64,000 bases of DNA from Eubacteriales bacterium (GTDB lineage: Bacteria; Bacillota; Clostridia; Oscillospirales; CAG-272). Each line of letters opens with the position of its first letter. Position 1 is the stretch's first letter. Below are positions 29,980 through 35,062 of this stretch, in pieces. Below the pieces are notes generated by a model. It was not told the origin of the DNA and ran no database searches. It saw only the letters and a program-made list of their open reading frames with translations. The stretch spans positions 17,614 through 81,613 of the forward strand of contig JAZQWO010000029.1 of NCBI GenBank assembly GCA_045632405.1, written 5' to 3'. The position numbers and the translations under genes were made by a program.

Positions 29980-30008
29980 TTGATTTTCAAGGATTTTTAA
30001 TGTATAAT
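29980..30008 (+). promoter_or_regulatory. Sigma-A type promoter (extended -10) of the XRE-TM gene
   Basis: TTGATT (29980-29985), 17 nt, TGTATAAT (30001-30008). Preceded by two AAATAGTAGAAT direct repeats at 29932-29943 and 29955-29966. Confidence 0.6.
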
Positions 30009-30033
30009 GTAAAAAAACAGAGGAGGTGTCGCT

Positions 30034-30636
30034 ATGAAGGATGTCAAAGCCATCGTTGCTAAAAATTTGACAATGCTACGTAAGGCTAACGGTTTAACAC
30101 AGGCAGAGCTTGCGGAAAAGCTTAACTATTCCGACAAGGCGGTGTCCCGCTGGGAGCACGGCGAAACTATGCCCGACATTAATGTTCTCTATGAGCTTTG
30201 CGAGTTCTACGGCATCACAATGAATGACTTAGTCAACGAGGAATATACGGCAGATGCGAAAGAAAACGGCAAAGAAAAAAGCGAAAACGCATATAGAATG
30301 TGGCTTGGAATAGTTACCGCATCAACAGTATGGCTGTTTTTTACAATTTTGTTTATTTATACACGTATGGTGCGAGAAAGTGCATACTGGCTTTCCTTTG
30401 TTTGGGCAATTCCCGCATCAATTCTTCCTTTTATGTACATATGCAGGAAAAATTTCGGTTGGATTGTCAGGTTCGTCCTTGGCTCAGTTGTTATTTGGAC
30501 ACTGATAAGCGCGGTGTATTTGCACTTGTTGGTAGGATTTGGTGCCAACCTGTGGATGATTTTCTTGATTGGCATACCCTTGCAGGCAATGTACTTTATG
30601 TGGCAGAAAATGAAAAAATATAAGCAATATCTATAA
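30034..30636 (+). CDS. Membrane-tethered XRE-family transcriptional regulator
   Basis: N-terminal HTH (LRKANGLTQAELAEKLNYSDKAVSRWE) followed by about 4 predicted TM helices. Confidence 0.75.
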   Translation: MKDVKAIVAKNLTMLRKANGLTQAELAEKLNYSDKAVSRWEHGETMPDINVLYELCEFYGITMNDLVNEEYTADAKENGKEKSENAYRMWLGIVTASTVWLFFTILFIYTRMVRESAYWLSFVWAIPASILPFMYICRKNFGWIVRFVLGSVVIWTLISAVYLHLLVGFGANLWMIFLIGIPLQAMYFMWQKMKKYKQYL

Positions 30637-30651
30637 TCAAGGAGAACTGAT

Positions 30652-31035
30652 ATGAATATAGGAGATAAATTTACACTCAAAATCAAGGTTGGGGAAAATG
30701 ATACGGCAAAAGCGGTGGGCAGCGGCACGCTGGCGGTGCTTGCCACCCCTCGTATGATAGCATTAATGGAGGAATGTGCATATAAGTGTATTGGCAATAG
30801 CTTGGATGCAGGCTCAACAAGCGTTGGCACACTTATGAACGTTAAGCATTTGAGCGCCACCCCTGTGGGAATGGAAGTAACAGCTACCGCTGAGGTGACT
30901 GAAATTGACGGAAGAAGAGTAGCCTTCAAGGTAGAAGCATATGATGAAGCGGGAATAATTGGTGAGGGCGTGCACGAAAGATTTGTTGTATTCGAGGAAA
31001 AGTTTGTTTCCAAAACCTACGCCAAGCTATCATAA
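30652..31035 (+). CDS. Hotdog-fold thioesterase family protein
   Basis: 127 aa. ...AVGSGTLAVLATPRMIALMEE...HLSATPVGMEVTATAEV is typical of small FlK/YbgC-like thioesterases. Confidence 0.7.
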   Translation: MNIGDKFTLKIKVGENDTAKAVGSGTLAVLATPRMIALMEECAYKCIGNSLDAGSTSVGTLMNVKHLSATPVGMEVTATAEVTEIDGRRVAFKVEAYDEAGIIGEGVHERFVVFEEKFVSKTYAKLS

Positions 31036-31058
31036 TACAGTAAATATTTAAACACAGG

Positions 31059-31090
31059 GTGGGGAATTTTTAAAAAGTCCCCACTTTTTG
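31059..31090 (+). terminator. Rho-independent terminator
   Basis: GTGGGGA / TCCCCAC stem with a 12-nt loop, followed by TTTTT. Confidence 0.55.
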
Positions 31091-31188
31091 TTGCTTATTT
31101 GATTATGCTAAAAAAATTAAAGCTTTAAACTCATAGCGAAAAGAATTTTGATAAAATAAAAAAATATGAAAAAATTTGAAAAAGGGTC

Positions 31189-31217
31189 TTGACAATATAA
31201 AAGCCTTGTGATATAAT
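31189..31217 (+). promoter_or_regulatory. Sigma-A type promoter of the tRNA operon
   Basis: TTGACA (31189-31194), 17 nt, TGATATAAT (31209-31217). Confidence 0.7.
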
Positions 31218-31246
31218 AGTCAAGCATTAAGCGTTGAGCAGAATTT

Positions 31247-31322
31247 GGCGGAATAGCTCAGAGGCTAGAGCATCCGGTTCATACCCGGCAGGTCATAGGT
31301 TCAAATCCCATTTCCGCCACCA
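31247..31322 (+). tRNA. tRNA-Met (anticodon CAT), elongator-like, CCA encoded
   Basis: Cloverleaf folded by hand: acceptor GGCGGAA/TTCCGCC, anticodon arm TCCGG-TTCATAC-CCGGC, T arm ATAGG-TTCAAAT-CCCAT. A lysidine-modified Ile2 identity cannot be excluded. Confidence 0.85.
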
Positions 31323-31327
31323 TAAAT

Positions 31328-31402
31328 GGCCCGTTGGTCAAGCGGTTAAGACACGGCCCTTTCACGGCTGTAACATGGGTTCGATTCCCGTACGGGTCAC
31401 CA
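31328..31402 (+). tRNA. tRNA-Glu (anticodon TTC), CCA encoded
   Basis: Acceptor GGCCCGT/ACGGGTC, anticodon loop CTTTCAC, T arm TGGGTTCGATTCCCG (stems TGGG/CCCG, with A-TGGG and CCCG-T giving one non-Watson-Crick end pair). Confidence 0.9.
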
Positions 31403-31412
31403 AAATAAAACT

Positions 31413-31443
31413 AAGTCGAACTTTGGTTCGACTTGTTTTATTT
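31413..31443 (+). terminator. Hairpin plus U-rich tract after tRNA-Glu (family AAGTCGAAC-N4-GTTCGACTT)
   Basis: A 9-bp stem with loop TTTG and tail GTTTTATTT. The same stem recurs at 34737-34767 and 41930-41958. Confidence 0.6.
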
Positions 31444-31634
31444 ATCCAAGCCGAAGGTTTGGTATGGCATCAGCCGTTAGGCTGTATGGAATCACATTTA
31501 TGTGTATGGCATCACCGTATGGTGCATTTCTTCGGCTTGATTCTATACGCCACAAAGTGGCAATTCCATACTGCAACAAGTTGCAGATTCCATACACGCT
31601 AAAGCGTGATTATATGCAACGCTTTGCGTTGATT
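31444..31634 (+). repeat. Hairpin-ladder element, copy 1 (candidate structured ncRNA or DNA site array)
   Basis: Seven hairpins at 31471-84, 31493-504, 31513-24, 31549-61, 31571-86, 31595-608 and 31617-31. They are separated by the linkers TATGGCAT, TATGGAAT, TATGGCAT // ATTCTATA, ATTCCATA, ATTCCATA, ATTATATG. CAAGCCGAAG (31447-56) is complementary to CTTCGGCTTG (31530-39). Confidence 0.7.
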
Positions 31635-31645
31635 GAGGTGAGCTT

Positions 31646-31999
31646 ATGAAGAAAAATTTGCTAATGGAATATAGCGAACAGTTAGCTGTTAATATGGTAA
31701 AGCTATGTAATGAAAATAAGTTTGACTCCAATGTAGTATTTCAAATCAAAAAATCTTCTTCAAGTGTATTTGCTAATATAACCGAAGCACAATACCCACA
31801 AAGCCTTGCTGATATGCACTCGAAATTTGAAATTGCAAGAAAAGAGTGTGCGGAAACCGAAAGTTGGCTAAAGCTTCTTTTCTCAACCGAAGCAATAAAC
31901 GAGGAAACCTTTAAAAAGCACAGAAACCTCTGCGGCAGAATCAAAAGAATGCTCACAAGCTCTATAATCACAATTGAAAACAAAATGAAGCAAGGCTGA
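31646..31999 (+). CDS. Four-helix-bundle protein (23S rRNA intervening-sequence protein / Avd-like family)
   Basis: 117 aa, all-helical. ...QIKKSSSSVFANITEAQ....S..D...KF.IARKECAETESWL.LL is typical of the TIGR02436/PF05635 family as I recall it. RBS GAGGTGA. Confidence 0.75.
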   Translation: MKKNLLMEYSEQLAVNMVKLCNENKFDSNVVFQIKKSSSSVFANITEAQYPQSLADMHSKFEIARKECAETESWLKLLFSTEAINEETFKKHRNLCGRIKRMLTSSIITIENKMKQG

Positions 32000-32020
32000 A
32001 AATTCAACCTTGCTTTTCTT
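31987..32020 (+). terminator. Terminator overlapping the 4HB gene stop codon
   Basis: AAGCAAGGCTGAA / TTCAACCTTGCTT stem with one mismatch, followed by a T-rich tract. A better-paired copy lies at 35010-35042. Confidence 0.6.
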
Positions 32021-32151
32021 TATTTTCAAAAATGCTTTGGACAGCTCTCGTTCAAGACAAGCACACGCCCGAAAACAAAATCGCAAATTTGGTGTAATTT
32101 TGGTAAGTAATGGTAAAAAGAAAAGTTATTTAATAAAAATTCTTATAACGA

Positions 32152-32180
32152 TTGAATTTTATTTTGTTTTGTGGTAAAAT
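32152..32180 (+). promoter_or_regulatory. Candidate promoter of the LRR-B gene
   Basis: TTGAAT (32152-57), 17 nt, TAAAAT (32175-80). Confidence 0.45.
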
Positions 32181-32330
32181 ATGTTTGCGACACATTTGAA
32201 TATTCCTGCAAGTAAGAGAGTACTATAGGTAAAAATGTACTCTCTCCCCTTGTTATTGGTGGAAAATGTGTCGCAACATTGAGAGAGGCGTTTTTCGTGC
32301 GTCTCTTAATGGGGCGCACTTTTTTATTTT
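32181..32330 (+). promoter_or_regulatory. Structured 5' leader of the LRR-B gene (candidate attenuator)
   Basis: ATGTTTGCGACACATTT (32181-97) pairs with AAATGTGTCGCAACAT (32264-79). An inner 9-bp hairpin is AGAGAGTAC/GTACTCTCT (32215-45). GTGCG...CGCAC plus T6 lies at 32297-32325. Confidence 0.4.
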
Positions 32331-32361
32331 GAAAAGAAAATATTTATTAAAGGAGAGTTTT

Positions 32362-34509
32362 ATGAAGCGCAAAATTTTACTAACATTCATTTTGGCAGCC
32401 ACCTTGATAGCCCTGTTTGCTATCTCCGTCAGCGCCGCCGAGCCTGTGGAAACATGGGACATTTCCGCAACGGCAAATGACAATGTAACTGCATATCTCT
32501 ACGAGGATACGGAAAATGAGGAATGCTACACTCTAACTATCAGCGGTACGGGTAATATGAAGAATTGGACAAGTGGCGGTACTCCTTGGTATTCTTCATA
32601 CAGTTCGAAAATCACCTCTGTCACAATTAAAAAAGGCGTTACAAGCATAGGCTCTTCAGCATTCGAGAAATGCAGAAAACTTACAAAGATAGAACTGCCA
32701 GATAGTTTGAAAAGAATAGGTAACGATGCATTCTATTATTGTGACACTCTTACTAGTATAGAATTGCAAAAAAATGTTACAAACATAGGGAATGATGCAT
32801 TTGTTAGTTGCTATAGTCTTATAGATATCAAAGTTGATGAGGAGAATACCATATACCAATCAATAGATGGAAACTTGTATTCCCATGATGGTAAAACTAT
32901 AATACAGTATGCACTAGGCAAAACTGATACATATTTTGTTATTCCGGATTTTGTGACAACTATAGGAGAAAGTGCATTTGAAAGTTGTTATCGTTTGAGA
33001 CATGTTTTACTACATAATGATGTAACTCGGATAGAAAGAAGCGCTTTTAATAGTTGTTCTAACATAAAGAGTATAAATATACCTGCTGGGGTGACATATA
33101 TAGGGGGCTTTGCTTTCGGCTTTTGTTATGATTTGACAATTTATGTCGAGGCTCAAGGCAAGCAAACTGAATGGGATCAATATTGGGATTATTCGTTCAA
33201 TGGACGAACAAAATGGGAGATAAGAGATAGTGGATTTTTGGAAGATGGTCTTGTTTGGCTAAAATTAAGCGACGACACGGTAACTATAGCAGGGTGTTTG
33301 TACGAAAAAGAAGAAGTTGAAATTCCCGATGTAATTAATGGATATAATGTTACTACTATCGGCAAAAATGCATTTCTCGAATCAGCATATTTAGAGACTG
33401 TAACAATTGGTAGCAACATAACAAATATAGATTATTCAGCATTTTCCGAATGTACAGCTTTGAAAAGTATAATCATAGGTGAAAACGTTAAAAAAATCTC
33501 TCATGAAGCTTTTAAGGGATGTACATCGTTAAAAGAAGTGGTGATACCGAACAATGTAACAATGATAGACTATGGTGCATTTTGGGGTTGCAAAAGTTTA
33601 ACAAGTGTAGTAATCAGCGATAGTGTAACAAGTATAGGCAATTATGCATTCGCTGGTTGCACAGAACTTGCAAACATCGTATTACCGTTTGTTGGCAACA
33701 CTTTGAACGGAACGAAGTTTACACATTTTGGCTATATATTCGGAGCATATTATGATACCGAAAACGATGAGTGTGTTCCCGCAAGTTTAAAGAGTGTTAC
33801 TGTAACTGGTGGAAACAGTATAAATTCCTATGCATTCTACAAATGTAATAACATAACAAGTATTGTTATCGGTGATGGCGTAACAAGCATAGGCAATTCT
33901 GCGTTTATTGGTTGCACGGGCCTAACAAGTGTGGTAATTCCAGATAGTGTAACAAACATAGGCAATTCTGCATTCTCTAGTTGCACAAGTCTCACAATCT
34001 ATTGCGAGGTTGCAAGTCAGCCAAGTGGATGGAGTACAAGTTGGAATCCTTTAAATTGTCCTGTTATTTGGGGCTATCTAGACAAAGAGGCTTGCTTGAT
34101 TAAAATCTTCACATTTAAGGGCTACTCCTTCAACGAGTCAGGCTCTATGGCTATAGGCTTTGACATTGATTATGAAGCAATCAGACTTTACGAAGAATTA
34201 ACAGACGAAAAGCTTGAAATTGGTGTATTGTTTGCAGGCTATGATTTGTTAAACGGACAAAATCCTCTTGATAATCAAGGTAATGCAATTGCTCTTGCAA
34301 GCGGCAAGGTTATAAAGAGTGATTTGACAAGCTATTCTTACTCCTATTATGACTTTATTTTGACTGATATAACAGGTGATATTTGTAACATTCCTCTTGT
34401 AATATCAGCATACATAAACAATGGTAGTGAAAGCTGGTATATCCAAGCAAATGGACTTAGCTCCACTGTAACAGGTATAACCTACAACGAAGCAAAGGAG
34501 AATAACTAA
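32362..34509 (+). CDS. BspA-type leucine-rich-repeat surface protein with a C-terminal module of about 135 aa shared with the 37951 gene
   Basis: ATG at 32362 follows AAGGAGAG. Signal peptide MKRKILLTFILAATLIALFAISVSA. Many LRR_5-type repeats (..IG..AF..C..LTS..IP..V..IG). The gene is AT-rich compared with the core genes. Confidence 0.85.
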   Translation: MKRKILLTFILAATLIALFAISVSAAEPVETWDISATANDNVTAYLYEDTENEECYTLTISGTGNMKNWTSGGTPWYSSYSSKITSVTIKKGVTSIGSSAFEKCRKLTKIELPDSLKRIGNDAFYYCDTLTSIELQKNVTNIGNDAFVSCYSLIDIKVDEENTIYQSIDGNLYSHDGKTIIQYALGKTDTYFVIPDFVTTIGESAFESCYRLRHVLLHNDVTRIERSAFNSCSNIKSINIPAGVTYIGGFAFGFCYDLTIYVEAQGKQTEWDQYWDYSFNGRTKWEIRDSGFLEDGLVWLKLSDDTVTIAGCLYEKEEVEIPDVINGYNVTTIGKNAFLESAYLETVTIGSNITNIDYSAFSECTALKSIIIGENVKKISHEAFKGCTSLKEVVIPNNVTMIDYGAFWGCKSLTSVVISDSVTSIGNYAFAGCTELANIVLPFVGNTLNGTKFTHFGYIFGAYYDTENDECVPASLKSVTVTGGNSINSYAFYKCNNITSIVIGDGVTSIGNSAFIGCTGLTSVVIPDSVTNIGNSAFSSCTSLTIYCEVASQPSGWSTSWNPLNCPVIWGYLDKEACLIKIFTFKGYSFNESGSMAIGFDIDYEAIRLYEELTDEKLEIGVLFAGYDLLNGQNPLDNQGNAIALASGKVIKSDLTSYSYSYYDFILTDITGDICNIPLVISAYINNGSESWYIQANGLSSTVTGITYNEAKENN

Positions 34510-34510
34510 A

Positions 34511-34678
34511 ATGAAATATACAACTCCAACATATAACAAAGAAACAATAGAAACAGAGGACATTATTTTAGCTTCAAGCGGAGTAATTGATTTAGGCAAT
34601 GGCACAAGCTTAACAGAAACAGCTGATGGAAACGCTAACGTTTTGGCAAGCGTTCTTGATATTTTAGGCTTAAGATAA
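34511..34678 (+). CDS. 55-aa microprotein, possibly translationally coupled to LRR-B
   Basis: The ATG lies 1 nt after the LRR-B stop codon. Product: MKYTTPTYNKETIETEDIILASSGVIDLGNGTSLTETADGNANVLASVLDILGLR. It is not in the ORF track because it is shorter than 60 aa, and it has no separate RBS. Confidence 0.4.
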   Translation: MKYTTPTYNKETIETEDIILASSGVIDLGNGTSLTETADGNANVLASVLDILGLR

Positions 34679-34720
34679 AAGGCTTAATTAGATTTAATTT
34701 CAATATAGCTTGGCACCTGC

Positions 34721-35042
34721 TCACCAAAATAAAACTAAGTCGAACTTCGGTTCGACTTGTTTTATTTATCCAAGCCGAAGGTTTGGAATGGAATCACCGT
34801 AAGGTGCATGGAATCAGTCGCACAGCGACTGTATGGCATCAATCGTTAGATTGTATTGTTTTTTGCTTCAGTTTGATTCCATACGACACTGTGTGTCAAT
34901 TCCATGCTGCAACAGGTTGCAAATTCCATACACGCTATGCGTGAGTTCACACAATGCGTTGCATTGATTTTAACAATTTCCAAACCCACGCACCACAATT
35001 GAACAAAAACAAAGCAAGGCTGAAATTCAGCCTTGCTTTTCG
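34721..35042 (+). repeat. Direct-repeat copy 2 of the module at 31397-32020 (terminator hairpin, hairpin ladder, 3' remnant of the 4HB gene, terminator)
   Basis: Positions 34721-34787 are nearly identical to 31397-31463, with one loop mismatch. The ladder at 34768-34968 is diverged but has the same 3+4 hairpin layout. CACAATTGAACAAAAACAAAGCAAGGCTGA matches the last codons of the 4HB gene. The 4HB ORF itself is absent. Confidence 0.75.
34737..34767 (+). terminator. Terminator hairpin after LRR-B and the microprotein (AAGTCGAAC family)
   Basis: AAGTCGAAC ttcg GTTCGACTT followed by GTTTTATTT. Confidence 0.6.
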
Positions 35043-35062
35043 TTATGCTACTATTTAGCTTA

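Noticed and set aside
31234-31602. 122-aa ORF (and 31464-31649, 31543-31731) overlapping the tRNA genes and the ladder
   Set aside because: These ORFs span two tRNA genes and a hairpin array. They have no RBS and a repetitive low-complexity translation. They are artifacts of the structured non-coding sequence.
31444-31634. CRISPR array as an explanation for the regularly spaced repeats in the ladder element
   Set aside because: The conserved units are only 8-10 nt and the intervening 10-17 nt segments are self-complementary hairpins. The orientation of the units flips midway through the element. No cas genes or leader are present, and the array length is fixed at 3+4 in both copies.
32181-32279. 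Invertible promoter (inverton) flanked by 16-bp inverted repeats upstream of LRR-B
   Set aside because: The inverted repeats are only 66 bp apart, which is too short for invertase-mediated looping. They lie downstream of the candidate promoter, and no invertase gene is nearby. An RNA stem is the simpler reading.
32266-32361. N-terminal extensions given by the ORF track (32266 for LRR-B; likewise 1092, 7575, 9241, 13256, 16482, 29549, 37351, 46641, 47626, 49489, 49684)
   Set aside because: In each case an internal ATG or GTG with a proper Shine-Dalgarno sequence gives the canonical N-terminus or a signal peptide. The extension has no RBS or overlaps upstream features.
31397-35042. Diversity-generating retroelement (Avd-like gene plus two related repeats as a TR/VR pair)
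   Set aside because: The differences between the two repeats include indels and changes at all four bases rather than adenine-specific substitutions. The repeats are non-coding rather than lying at the 3' end of a target gene. No reverse transcriptase is present in the window.
31247-35042. Prophage or integrative island inserted at the tRNA-Glu 3' end
   Set aside because: There is no integrase, excisionase or phage/ICE gene. Only 6 nt of the tRNA (TCACCA) are duplicated. The bracketed DNA holds one surface-protein gene and a 55-aa ORF.
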